A stretch of 64,000 bases of DNA. Source: Takakia lepidozioides. Its lineage: Eukaryota > Plantae > Bryophyta. How positions within the stretch are numbered: position 1 is the stretch's first letter; every line of letters starts with the position of its first letter. Shown here one piece after another: positions 36,702 through 49,986 of this stretch. The stretch is taken from positions 18,042,001-18,106,000 of the forward strand of contig CM060733.1 of NCBI GenBank assembly GCA_030704615.1. Reading direction: 5' to 3'. Both the position numbers and the translations under genes were made by a program. The notes below the pieces were generated by a model, which saw only the letters and a list, made by a program, of their open reading frames with translations, ran no database searches and was not told where the DNA came from.

Positions 36702-37505
36702 ATGACGTCGAATAGGCTAATTGAAAGAGCCAAAACATTGTTTAGATCTAACCGCTTGCTGTTCCTTGCCACCACTATTTTGTTATTTGTTGCTTATGGT
36801 TGTTTCACGGTCCTACATGAGCAACCAATAACGTTTGACAAGTGGAAGTCGCATTTTCCAAATCTTGCTACAAGACAATCCGATCGGGTGAAAGTTGGAA
36901 CCGACAACACTTTACCACAGCTGGAGGTATGTCATAACAGTTAGAAAGCCCATAGTCTTTCTAGCTAGCTACAATTTGTTACTGTTTTCATCTATTAATT
37001 AGATGAGAATAATATTGAAGGTCAAGTACAAAATCAGAATTTTTGTAATTCATCCCGCTCGATCAAATTGTAGATCTAAGATAGATTTGTACACATTTTG
37101 GTTCACCCCTCAATAACGCCTCCATGATGTATGATATTGATTCAACGCCTCAAAGAAATGTACGAAAATCCATTTAATTTTGGCCTAATGAATCGTTGTA
37201 AAGTATCAATATGAAGTCTGATGTAACTTTGCATATTCAAATGAAGGTAAATATTTGTTTCCCACAGGCGCTCACTCAACGATTAGGTACAGTACCAGAT
37301 CCAACAAATAAATTGAACATTTTTTACGAATATAAATGGATCATGTTTCCAAATATTGTAAATGAAACGAATGTGATTCTTCGTCAACTAAACGAGAATG
37401 TTACATTGCCATGCTACAAAATAAGAACTAATAGTATAAAAATATTTGGGCTTCCCAAGCTTGACAACAATCAGTCCATTAGACTCAGCACGGAAGCTAT
37501 CCACA
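36702..37505 (+). pseudogene. 5' part of an SGNH/PC-esterase-like (At3g06150/At5g19060-type) type II membrane protein gene, interrupted by CACTA
   Basis: N-terminal hydrophobic anchor LLFLATTILLFVAYGCF, GT donor near 36927, exon 2 from ~37268. Removing the CACTA element and one TSD joins this part in frame to 51061 (EAIH-KFDIVSFEKKGKERCAGGDYFETDL). Confidence 0.78.
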
Positions 37506-39799
37506 CACTAGAAGCATTCGTGTCATTTACCACTGGGGTAACGACTCATTTTGAGTCGTAAAAGTCAAAAAAATGGGATCGACTGGAAGTTACAAACGAC
37601 CAGTTACAACAGACGTGGTAGTTGGGTTGGACATCCAATGATTGGAGTGGTAAAACACGCAGACGCGCGAACAACTGCTCAGCGATTAATGCGATTAATG
37701 CGATTAATGCGATTAATGCTGAAGAACCACGTGGCGTAACCAGGCCGGCCGCCCGTGTGTCTGACCTTTTGGGCTGACTTTGACTTCTCCCTCCGAATGA
37801 GTGGACTGACTCACCCGGGGCGCGGTGACACATGGACGCGGACGTGGACGCCGATGTGGCGGCGCCGCGACGAGCGGCAATGCTGCCGCGTGGCCACGGG
37901 CCCAAGACGCCACATCACAGTCGGCCACATAGCTTGGAGTGCTGCATGTCACGTGGCAACAGCAACTGGCAAAGTCGACCGCACAACTGCCGGCAGACGA
38001 ATCCACGGGGACCACGTGGAGAGTGTGTGGGTCGACGCGTGGCGTCGTCCCCATGCAATGGCAGCGAGGGGTACGACTGCTAGTGGAAAGACGCAGAGTG
38101 CTTGTGCCCTCTCGGGACTGCTTTGGCCAACTCCGCTGCCACTGTGCTAGTTGGTTGCACTATAGTAGGAAAGCACTGCAAACGAGCACTTGTAGTGGTT
38201 TGTGTGAGTTGTCCAAATGACCTGCATTTTAAGCTGAAAGTATGGTTATGATGCATTCTAGTGGTTTTAGTGGTTCACCCATATGCAGGGGGAATTGAGA
38301 AGCAATGATACTGGGCGAGACTCAGAACACAGACCACGATGCATGCACAACATCACGCTAATAAACCAAATAGACGTAGTCCAGGGAGACCAAAGACCAT
38401 CACACATACACATAGAAGGTGGACGGACACGACGACAAGTCAGGAAATGTGATATTACATTCAAATAAGAGACCGTCACGGCACACCTGCGTATGAGCAA
38501 GACAAAATGCCAACATACATGGTTGCCGGACATCACATAAATTGTCATGGCCCAAATGTTCAAAACTGGTAACGTGAGTATCATACACACTTCTATGAGT
38601 ATCATTACACACCCAACAGGGACTACAAACATGAAATTTCATTTGATACTTTCACCTTTCCTCATACTCTTCTCTGGCCACAGAGTCACCGTGCCTTTCA
38701 CGTGCGCTAGTGTGGTCTGGGGGGGGGGGGGGCATCGTCCACATTTGGGCAAGGAAATATAACACTTGGAAGCATGATCTCGTGGACTTTCACCTTGTAC
38801 CACCCGGAACGAATGTCCTTGCAGTGGAACTTGTCAACCCCGACTATTCCCACCACTTCCGCCTTTGCGGCGGCTGTCTTTGACCGCTTGTCATTGGGGT
38901 TCAGGAGAAACACAGGATCTGATATCTGTAGACACCAACATCAGGGTCCACTTAGCAACAAACATAGCAATGACAGGGTGAAAGTCAAGCGCAGCTGGGC
39001 ATGGAAACGATCTTGGTTGCCACGATACTGAATCAGCAGCAAATTCACGGTGTACCAACGTACCTTGAAGCGAGGCTCGTCGCTGAGGGTGGCAACTGAG
39101 GAAAGCTGCCCACGTGTCTTCAACTGCAACAGCAAAAAGAGGTTTAGTCAGACGAATAAGAATAACATGAACTCTGGTGGCTGCAATGGTATAAACACAC
39201 CTCCACGGAGCAAGCTAACAAACACCCTGCTCAGACCCTGCACACTACAACTTCCTGGCAAAAATAACCCTACTAGAAACCAGGCAAAGCAAGGAGCCAT
39301 GAATGCATGCCTGGGGAACCACGTCCTGCTGCGATGATGGTGCCGGGGATAGCCCACTCCTCTTGCTCACCTGCAATGAATACACATTGCAACGCTTCAG
39401 GAAGTGTATCCATAAAGGAAACCAACCAAGTAAGTTTGCGGAGAGGGGCTGGGAACAACCATACCTTGGGCGCTGCCTCCTCATGCCGGGGGGCAGATCC
39501 GGAATGCTGGCGCCGTAGCACTATGGTCCTTGGTGCAGGACCCACCTTCTTCACATTCCACCCCAGTGCCACTCCCTGTGGTCCCTTCAAAACATATAGT
39601 GCCAGCCTTGCGTGAGAGGGCATCCGGGGGGAACAAAACAAACATCTCTTTTGGCTTCGATGTCATGTTGCAAACAGTAAGGTTAGTTTCACCTGCATGG
39701 GCGCAGAAGCACTTCCCCCAACGACCCCATCCTCTCCCACATTCAAGCTGCCAGTCGGGGTCAGCTTCCGCGTGCTTGTGAAGACACGCACATCCTTGG

Positions 39800-40340
39800 A
39801 GCAAAACAAATCTTGGCAGTAGGGCCAGACTGTTTCTAAAAGGTAGTCTGAATCGGGCCCCTCACTGACATTGCCAGTGACATCAAACGACAATGGATGG
39901 ACCATGTTCAAAGGGGAGTTCCCCCTACCCTTGTGTGGTGAATCATCCACTAAGAGGGTGTTGGATTCGTTAAATCCAGAAAATTGCAACCACACCCTCG
40001 ACAGTCTCTTCTGTAAGTTCTGTACAGCAGGCCCTTTTGTGGGGTGTGGCTCTGTCAAGGGGTCACACTCCTCTTGTGACCACACAAAGAGGGGAGAACC
40101 CTTGACCCCCTGCATCACCACTTTTCAAGATGTCTGCAACATTCCCATTGGAAGCACAGGACCATATCCCAACGTAGAAATACCGGAAGAGAAGGTTTAA
40201 AAACTCGCAGACCTGGAGCCTTGGGAAAACATATTTGTTGGTGGTCAACACCCATGGCCAATGACGCCTCGGGTTGGGCTGAAAGTTAGGAATAGAGTGG
40301 CACAGGATCCCGTTCAGGTCTAGAACAATTAGTTTCGACT
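39800..40340 (-). other. FCP1/NIF (CTD-phosphatase-type HAD) domain inside the CACTA TnpA-like gene
   Basis: KLIVLDLNGILCH (HAD motif I, DLNG variant), VFPRLQVCEFL..FRYFYVGIWSCA (motif II), PLFVWSQEEC, KRLSRVW, FNESNTLLVDDSPHK (motif IV), N..HP. One frameshift at the T4 run near 40122-40125. Confidence 0.85.
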
Positions 40341-43300
40341 TTTCAATGAAAGGAGCTTTTGAAGGGGTGTCACGGGGTCTCACCTCAGTGGGTTGGGAGA
40401 CAACAGTCACACCGGAGGGCAAAGTTTCGGTCCCCCTGCAGCTTGGACCAGGCAAACTACCACCCTCTCCCCCTACAGCTTCCCCTTTTCCCCCATCATC
40501 AACAATGACCCCCCCATCGTCCATGTCATCCCCACCAACTTGCTGGACCTCTCCCTCTTCAACGAGTGGACCCTGCCCCCCACTGTGAATATCATCAACA
40601 ACAGGCTGGACCTCGGTCACATCCCTACCCACTACAATTACTTCCTCCTTGTCAGGTACAATGGTCGCAGCAGGGGGGTCTTCTATAATGCCACCCGTCA
40701 TACCCCCTTTTTGCCCCATCATGAGTTCCACTATCTTCTTCAATTGTGCTTCCATTCCCCTCTCCCGCTCCGCAGAGAGAGCCGCAAGCCTCTCCAGGGC
40801 CCCGATGCGGGCTGCCATTGAGTTCCCCGCTCCCTACGCATACAAACACCCACCCGTACTGTTAAAAACCAGAAGAAGAGGCCGAATGTGCAGGATTTCA
40901 GGCATTCGGAGATGGCTGGGTTTGGCATAACACCCCTCGTGTACCATGCGTGGGGGCCCCACATACCCACCAAATCTTAGTACAACAACAGATTCATGAA
41001 TGGAAACCGGACTTCAAAACATACCTGGCTCAAAACAGACTCTGATGGGGTGCCAGTCGCAACGTTCTTTTGCTCCGCCCCGAGCTTGGACAGTGACGGG
41101 CTCCGCGCTTTGCGTCTTTTCTGTATTTGCCCATCCACACACTATCAGTACAAAATGCCAGGAGCATATGGACAAAGCACTGCCCTGCATATCACCTAAC
41201 AACTAATTCTGCACAAGGAATAAAACCCACTCGTGGGTGTCTCTTCCATCACAACATGCCACAACGTAAGAGCAATGAGAAGGGGGTGTGGGAGATTACC
41301 AAACGGGCTGCTTGGCCTGCAACTCCTGCCCGGCCCCAATGCGAGGGGTTCGTGACACAAGCACGCGCTTGCTTCATCCCTTCGGCCTTTGCAGTCCACG
41401 AGGGGACTCCCAGTAGGCAACGAGCTTATCCCAATAGGCGGGTTCAGTGTTCATTGGCCTCACACCAGTCTTCGCCCATTTATCTTTCAGTTTTGTTCTT
41501 TCTCCTTTCATTATCTTCCCACATTGCTTGACTATAAAATCACGATTGGCAGGGATAGGTGTGTACTCGTACATTCCATTTATGCCCTCTATTACTATTG
41601 ACATGGCACTTTGGGACTGCTGGTCAATGTCTTGTACACTAGAGTCAAGGTAACGCAATGCCAGGCCACGCAAATCACGCTGCCAGTGTTCCTTACCTTC
41701 GCAGCCAACATTGATGACTCCATTTCCATGCACCTCCACCTTGCGGCGCTTTAGCCCTGCAGCCACCCTTCCCTCTCCATCTCCTTCTCATTGTTTCATG
41801 GCATAGCGTCGTTCCTTCCTCAGCTCTGATGACCGTTTCCTGCCCCCATGCTCTGGAGCAGCGTCGTCATACGTTGTGGGGGGTGACTGATGTGTGCTGG
41901 AGGGGGGAGGGCCGTATGGAGATGTGGGAGGCCCCCATTGTGACGTGCCAGCATCAGGAATTCAGCGCCACAACCCCGAAGCAGGGGGGGCTCCCCATGG
42001 TGCACTCTGTTGTGGAGACCATCCGGCAGGGGGTGGGTGCCAAGGTTGGTGTTGGTTGGCATTGTATGGTGGCTGTGAGTGCTTTGCTGCAGCTTCACTC
42101 CCCTTCCGCTGCCAAAAACATCCCACACACAAGGTGCATCAGCTGTAGTCCTACTGAACACAACGTCACCAGAGCACAAACCATCCCACAACCACAACCA
42201 TAAACAGTAGACCTCAAACCCACTCCCCTGCAGCGCAAATGCCAAAAAATGAAAAGGAGAGGGACAGAATGTCCTCATAACATGTAAGGCCATTCATTGG
42301 TGAAGAAGCAGAATGTGGGCGGGTTCACATCAGTACCACATGAAACTTACCAGGAAACAGAACATCCATCCGGGTTTTCCACATATCCAGTGGACATCTG
42401 TTCACACAATCATGTGCTGGCTGAGCCCCAAAAGGCCTAAAGACTCTCAATGTTGGTAAACACAGGTGAAGACACAATTCAATTGATAGCTTGGATATCC
42501 GGTGGTCTGTCTGGTGATAGCACCCCGGGCAGTGAATCAAACAATGAATATTGTGTTTGTGGAGCCCACAGAACGGGCAATAGCACTCTCTCATCCCTCT
42601 CAGCTTCTGTTTGCTGTCCAAAGGTAGGCTTCCTCACCAAATCCACAATTTCAGTCTGGTGCACACAGTGGGTAGACCCTTCAGGTCATCCAGGATGTCA
42701 TCCCCCATGTCACAATCTAGAAACAGGTTCATGGATGTTTTATGCCTAACTTCTTTGTCATTACACAATTTTGTGGCAGCACACATGGCTTTGGACACTA
42801 CAGTCTCTAAGTCACATGGTTCCAGCAAGGTCAAGACTTGACGGTCCACATTCAAATCCTTGAGAGTCTCGTCTAGTCTCTTCAGGCAGGACTTGGCCTG
42901 TTTGGCTGGGCGGTCCTATTTCCAAGATATAGAGTCGATTAACTTACGATATCTGGTGTAAAGACATGTGTTGCAATAGACTCCACCATCTCACCAGCTA
43001 TTCCCACCACTTCCGGTTAAAAGCAGGAACTCCAGTTTCTGAAGCGGAGGATGAAGAAGGAGGAGAGGATGTGGCAGAGCCAACGGAGAGTTCAGACTCT
43101 CCAACACCATTGAGTTGAGTTACATGAGTGAAAAAGAAACCCAAGGGCAGAACTTGGAGGATGAAAATAGAGAGAAGAAATTGGAAGATGAAGAGTATGA
43201 AGAAGTAGACCCAACAGCTGAGGTTGAGACTACAACCAGGACATCCCAACCCGTTGGACCTGGATCAAGTGGAGCACTTGGATCACAGGCCAACGAAGGT

Positions 43301-43433
43301 GTCGGCTCAGGGGGATCAGGCGGGCTGCCTGGATCTGGCTCTGAGGGGACAGGGAGTGTGGGAAGTAGGCAGAAAACATCCCTGAACATGTTTTCAATCT
43401 GTGACATGGGGGAGGACATCGTGGAAAAACCGA

Positions 43434-43515
43434 ATGGCGAACCACCATGAAGGCCCTCGACTCCCGGTGATGCGTCGCGGTGAGTCTTGGCCCACCCACC
43501 ACGGCCCCATTGTCC
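43434..43515 (-). repeat. Fragment related to the LTR at 62049-62771
   Basis: The reverse complement matches ~62339-62420 (GGGCCAAGACTCACCGCGAC.CA.CACCGGGAGTCGAGGG..TTC.TGGTGGTTCGCCAT). Confidence 0.8.
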
Positions 43516-46500
43516 CGTTTGAAGTCGCGTAAAGATATATTGAAATCAATATACCCATCCAACACTGGTATATTAGGTAACATAGCCATGGCGGTAGCAT
43601 TCGAGGTGACAATTAGGTACTTTTAGGGAATCTCACCCATCTAGCAAAATCTAGTAGATTTTTTTTCTATACAAAATAAGGGAGGGATTTTTTTGGAACA
43701 TATCTCTAGTGCCCTATGACCTTTATGTGCTAGGTCTTTTCTCTTTTTGTTGTGTTGCTGCAGTATCCTTCCAAGTGGGGGTGCTTAAGGAGTGGATGTC
43801 CGCATGCTCCAAAATAGCCTAACTTCATTTTCATTACACATTTTCTCTGATAGCACTCACTTCCGTGGACACTATAGTCTCTAAGTCGCATTTATCCAGC
43901 AGGATGAAGATGTGCGGGTCCACATTCAGATCCTTGAGAGTCAATTCTACTGTCTTCTGCCAAGACTTGGCCTGTTTGGCTCGACGGTTCTGTTTCCAAG
44001 ATATAGAGTCGATTAACCTACGATCTCTGGCTTGAAGACATGTGTTGCAACAGACTCCACCATCTCACCTTCAATTAATCTCCGCAAGAGCTTAAGGAAG
44101 GGATGCCACACCCACCCTGAACAGCCACATTGGTTGTTTTGGAGCATGCGGACATCCACTCCTTAAGCACCCCCACTTGGAAGGATTCTGCAGACCTAGC
44201 CTCGTTGGAGTTTAGCAAATGCGTACTCCAAGGCAAGTCCAATGACGTGACAAAGCAAGGTTTTCTTGACCTCAAAGCTAATCCCTCTGTACAAGAACAA
44301 TTTAGTGAGACTCGGCGCTTTGCCCTTCCTGTTTGAACAACTTTAGGGATATGTGCATCCCTATTTCAGTTTGAGGAGAACTCAATGCCCAGAAAACATG
44401 AACACAAGTAGGGGTAGAACTCACCTCATGCGCAGTGGGTTTGTGCCGTTTGCGCACCTTTTGGAGAGACTCTGCAGATGGAGGTGTAGTTTCCGCCGAA
44501 CTGTCCTCCACGTCATCGTCGTCGCCCATGCTATACTCGCTTGTGTCAGAATCCGAACTCGAAGACCGCCCACCGTGCCGCCTTCCCTCTCGCACCGAGG
44601 CCATCTTTTGCGGATTCAGTCGAGCCAGCGGGGGCTCCTTCGCACCGCGGGGCTGGAATGTGCAGAAGTGGGAGGAGGTGATGCTGCCTCGGCGGTCGAG
44701 CGCTTCTTACTAGGCGTGGACATAGACCATGACCAAGACAAAGACGAGCGAGGAAGACCAAGACATGCAAAGGAGGAAAGAAGGACAAGGAGGGGAGTGT
44801 GATCCCCCCCCCCCCGATCTGTAGTGAAGATCCGGCCGTTGTTGATTTCAAATAGGAACACGTGTCGTGCATCCGACACTATGGCCTTTTCGACTTTGAG
44901 ACGTTTCAAAATAACCACTTACAATCCTCCAGACAACTAGATGTAGTGATTCACACAACTGACATGGATCCGTTAACTTTATTTCGTTCAAAATTAGGCG
45001 AAGGAAACACACTGCAATGATGCCTTGTATGGCTCCGCTTTACATGTATTCTTGGAGAAAATGCGCATGATGTGTGAGAAGTGAACACAGTGCTCTGCCA
45101 AATGATTCAGCAAAAACAAACTCAACTGTAGTGGTTCTCCCATCGCAGAGAAGGGTCCATTCGACACCCATCGCACCATGCCAGGTTGAGGTCCTCACAC
45201 ACACACCTGCACACCGAGAATTTGCGAACCCACATCAGCTGGGAGAACATGGAAATTACCCCGTGGATCACATGCAAGCATGAATGAGAAATGGAAGGAG
45301 AATTGCATGGGAGATTTTGGTGTACCTGCGCGACATGCAACTCTGTCTACATACTCCATAAGTCACTGTCCCAAGACCCAAGTGGACAGGGGAGGCCGGT
45401 GAGTCTATACCACAAATGGTAATCATACAGCAGAGGGTACTGCTGCCCAACGTGCAAAAGCCGCCGGCTACAGGATGCTAGGCATGCGAACTCCGGCACA
45501 ACACACCTCCTCTGCACCCCACTCCGTCCCAACCAGTGCAAAACAACCGTGCATGCATTGACTGCCGTCTGGCTTTCTCTCCAGGCATTTGGGGGTCTGC
45601 AATCTGCTACACGTAAGTGTCTTTGAAGGCGACGATCAAAGGATCCGGTCACTTGCAGTTGCCGTCTCAAGGGCAGCATTGCAAGAATCACAATTAAGTA
45701 AGAAAGATGGTGGAAGAAGCTGCAAATTGCAAATGAGTGAAGTGGCAGGGCGATGCTCCATTCTTAACATGCTCCCCTTCCCGCCAAGGTGATAGAGCCA
45801 CACAAATGGACTCCCTTCCCGCCACGGTGCAATTTCAAGGCAACAGAACGGGATTGTCCGCCGAAACGTGATTTGGAGATTGCGGTCAAATCCGTGATGG
45901 AATTCAACCTTCCAATACATGATTCCTCAATCCCAAACTATCCCCTGCTACAAACTTTTGATCGTAATGTGATTTTGAGAGACGAATCGATGCAGCCAGA
46001 AATTGTGCAGACGATGACCGCCGATGAGTGGAGTTCACTCATTATGGCCTAAGACAAGTGGCGCAGGTTCTGGCCTTGTAGTCGGGTTGTTCACACTTCA
46101 ATGCACACATTTCATACACATTCAACCATATGCCCAAGATCACAACGTCCTGAATCGTGAAAATTGAAATTCCACGTACGTCCTCCGATTCCTCACACAC
46201 ACACGAACTGTAGAGACAGGTGGTTTTCAAGGATGTCGTTGTTTGAGTCGGTTTTGGTCATTTCTCTCAGTGTCTTGTTGAAGAGATTCTAGTTATGATG
46301 GGAAGCATATTGATGGCTTTTAAATGCTTTGCTGTTGAGTGTAACTTTCCATCATGTTCTGGAATCTACCAGTTGGTATAAAATGTCAACTGTCTTCTCT
46401 GCCAAAGGATGTGCGGCTGAACCTTTCAAATTGAGATTGCAGGAGGAGGGAATTGACGGTAGTGAAATGGGAGTGGCAGAGCCAAATTGAGGAGTCTCTG

Positions 46501-46565
46501 CAAAGGGGAATCCGGCCCCCTGCAACGGCGTGCACAAACTGCATTGAAGAGGCTCCCCAACAAAA

Positions 46566-49500
46566 ATGAGTTCCCCTCGCCCATGCGGAGGACTTCCAAT
46601 TAATCACCCCTATAGACAGAACACCCGATATGACAGGTTGTGGGAAAGAGAAGTGGCACGCGCCCGAGCCCTTGGGCTTTCAAGGATGCCATGCCCATGT
46701 GAACGTTGTTTGGGCACTACAAGTAGATCTGAGGACGGTGTGCGCACACATCTCCTTCACCACAAAAGACATGAAGCATTTCGGGTGTGGATTGGAGATG
46801 GACCTGCAGACGAAGACGATGAGGAGTGGGCACAATTGGACAATGCACACCCCCGGGGGAGCCATACAGACAGGCCAGACGAGGACTATGTCATGGGCGC
46901 AGGACATGAACCAGGCATGGACGGAGGGGTGGAGATTACTCGAATGTTACATGAAGCATTCCACATCATGGACGATGCTGAAGAGGGGGACGGCGCTGCG
47001 ACAACTGGGGATGGTGATGACGCAGGAAATGAAGGCATTCACGTGGGGGAAGGCGTGGAAGGAGGTGGAGATGGAGATGAGAATTCAGCACACATGACAC
47101 TAGAAGAAGCATGTGTGCCACTGTACGAGGGATGCAAATCCACAAAGCTTGCTGCCACCATGCTGTTGATGAACCTGTGCACAACCCACGGTGTCTCAGA
47201 CCATTTTGTGGACGAGTTGTTCTCTTTGCTTCGGCTGAACTTGCTTCCACAACCAAATGAAATGCCAAAAAGCTGTCACATGGCCAACAAAATGATTGGG
47301 AAGTTCGGCCTCAACTACGTGAAAATACATGCATGTCCAAAAGGACATGTACTTTTCAGAAGAGAGTACAAGGACACTATGGAGTGCCCTAAATGCGGTG
47401 CAGCCCGATACCAGGTTACAACAGCCAGCCAAGGTGTTGAGGCACTTTCCCCTTATCCCCCGTCTATTACGAATGTACAAATGTAAGACCATTAGTGAGC
47501 TCATGACTTGGCATTCCAGGAATGCCTCAAACGATGGTTTGGTAAGGCATGTCCCAGATTCCCTTGCACGGAAGCATATAGATGCAACTTGGCCCGATTT
47601 CGCCGAGGACCCACGCAATGTGCGATTGGCTGTACGGATGGAGTAAACCCATACGGATCAAAGAGCTGCACATGGTCCACATGGCCCGTGCAGTTGGTGG
47701 CATACAACATGCCACCATGGTTGACAACAAAGAAATTCTTTGTCATGTTGTCTCTCTTGATTCCAGGCAAGGAGTCCGTGACAAATGCAAACATAGATGT
47801 GTATTTGCAACCATTGATTGAAGAGCTACAAGAACTATGGATTAGAGTTGAAGCTTATGACATTTTGAAACCAGTAGGGCAACGGAGTTTCACCCTCCGT
47901 GCCATACTCATGTGGTCAATCCACGATTTCCCCGCATATGGCCTTGTTGCGGGTTGCAAGACGAAGGGCTATAAAGGGTGCCCCATTTGTGGGCCCTATG
48001 TGGATTCACGGCACTCAAAGCCATTGGGGAAGACAATATACATGGGGCATCGACGTTACCTTGCAAGAAACCACCCCTACCGACGAGCAGGAAGGCACTT
48101 CAATGGATGTGTTGAAAAGAGAATGGCACCAAATGTTGTGACACCGGAGGAGACATTGCAATTTGCAAAGGAGAAAGAGGCGTTCATGGAGATTGGAGGG
48201 AGAGAAGGAAGTAGTGCGGATCCAGCCATGGAGCACGGGGTGAAGCGCCGGACAATCCTTTGGGATTTGCCATACTGGAAGGTGCATGAATCCCCCCCCC
48301 CCCCCATTCACTCACTTTCTTTCACATTGTGCTTCCTGGAATTACCTTTACTGTCAGGAGTCCTTCCACCAACTCCTAAGTCAGTGTAACTACTATGCAG
48401 TAGATGTTGAAGTCGTACACCTCACTGTGGAGAGGATCGTGCAGTTGTTGAAAGCAGAATTTAGTAACATGGACAACTTCTGTCACATATTCTACTATTT
48501 TTGCCCATAGAACTTGGTCTCATGGGAGGACATCTGGCATTTCAGAACCTCTTGCAGCGGTACCTCCTGGACCCCATGCATTGTGAGAAGAACTTCTGCG
48601 AGAACATTCTGAAGGCGATCTTTGGGGAGAAGGATACGATAAACGTATGAAATGACATGGAGATAGAAGGGATACGGTCACATCTGTGGCTAAGGCCTGA
48701 TCCAAATAGACCTCGCAAAGTGTTCATGCCAGCAACATCATACGTCCTGACCAAATCAGAGCAAGAGCATTTTTTGAAAACATTGGGAGCCATGAAAGTG
48801 CCAACCGGATTCTCGGGTGCTTTCCAAAAGCATGCCATAAACAAGAAATGGTCGGGGATGAAGTCACATGATCTACACGTGATGATGCAGCAGATTTTGC
48901 CAGTGTGCATTCGGGGTACGATGGCGCCCAAGTCCTCGAACAGCCATAATGCGTGTAAGTCGAGTGTTTAGGAAGATTTGTGCGAAGGTGTGGGATCCGA
49001 GGGACATTACATCGTTGCATGAGGATGTGGCTATGATCCTATGTTTGCTGGAGAAAGAATTCCCTCCATCATTCTTTGACGTCATGACGCACTTGCTAGT
49101 GCATCTTGTAGAGGAGCTGCATGTGTGTGGGCCCGTAGCCAGCCGTTGGATGTACCCCATGGAGAGGTACATGAAGGATTTGAAGGGGTATGTACGCAAC
49201 ATGGCACGGCCAGAGGGGAGTATGGCGGAGGGCTACATCCGTGACGAAGCTCTGGGCTTCATGACAGAGTATATGTCTTCATTTGATGCAACACAACGAC
49301 GGGTATGGGACGAGAACGAGGAAGAAGGAGTTGTAGGCGAGGTCCTAGAAGGTGGTGGAACAAAGCGTGCCATGAGCCCGCGCCTTCGGGATGTGGCACA
49401 TGATTATGTGCTGAACAACACAACAACCATGACACCATGGAGATAGTGGGTGTAAACTTACATCCCTCCTGTGCTATTCTTAATGGTCTTTGTATGCTAG

Positions 49501-49986
49501 AATTACATATATATTGTCACAAGTCATTCCGGCCACTATGCAATTCTATTCCGTTGTTCTTGGGTAAAAGCCAATATGGTAGGAGAGAATGCCACCATGA
49601 AACAGGATGAGTACGGGTTCCTCCTTGCTGATTTCAGAAAAATGCTACCACAAGATGAAGAGCCATTCATCTTCCCATCGCAAGTTGAGCAAGTTTTCTT
49701 TTCAGATGACACCCATGCGCCGGGATGGAAGGTGGTTCTTTACAAGGACCCCCGGGCCAAACGAGTCGTGGCCGACGTCCATGATCTGGACCTAGGGGAG
49801 AATGCCGACCATGAGGGTCTGAGGGAACCACAAAATCTACCAGATACGGCCGAACCAGTCTCTTTGGAAGGAGCAGTTACTTTTAATGAGGAAGACATTC
49901 CAGGGTTGGTAATTACCGCAAGGCAAATTGCAGATGTGGGTAGTGAAGGGGAAGATTCTTTGGATACAGATAGTGAGCCCAGCTGA
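46566..49986 (+). pseudogene. CACTA TnpD/Tnp2 transposase (transposase-associated, Transposase_21, DUF4218 and DUF4216-type regions), disrupted
   Basis: CPCERC; KIHACPKGHVLF..CPKCG; KVLRHFPLIPRL; FAEDPRNVRL..TDGVNPY..STWPV..YNMPPW; DVYLQPLIEEL; SIHDFPAYG; LDPMHCEKN; GMKSHDLH; FPPSFFDVMTHL..WMYPMERYM..PEGSMAEGY; EPFIFPSQVEQVFF. Several frameshifts and a TGA near 48648. Confidence 0.93.

Larger units (their letters stand above)
38639..44723 (-). pseudogene. CACTA TnpA/ORF2-like multi-exon gene (Ptta/Tnp24-like region, coiled coil, NIF domain, Tnp1-like C-terminal domain), frameshifted
   Basis: Ser/Asp-rich N-terminus (44425-44723). WDKLVAYWES..KAEGMKQARACVTNPSHWGRAG (41300-41420). Coiled coil MAARIGALERL..QLKKIVELMM. 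C-terminal AKAEVVG..FHCKDIRSGWYKVKVHEI..FPCP..QTTLAHVKGTVTLWP. The exon structure is only partly resolved. Confidence 0.65.

Noticed and set aside
37680-37720. GCGATTAAT x4 microrepeat as a separate regulatory feature
   Set aside because: It lies in the CACTA subterminal region, where short repeats are expected.
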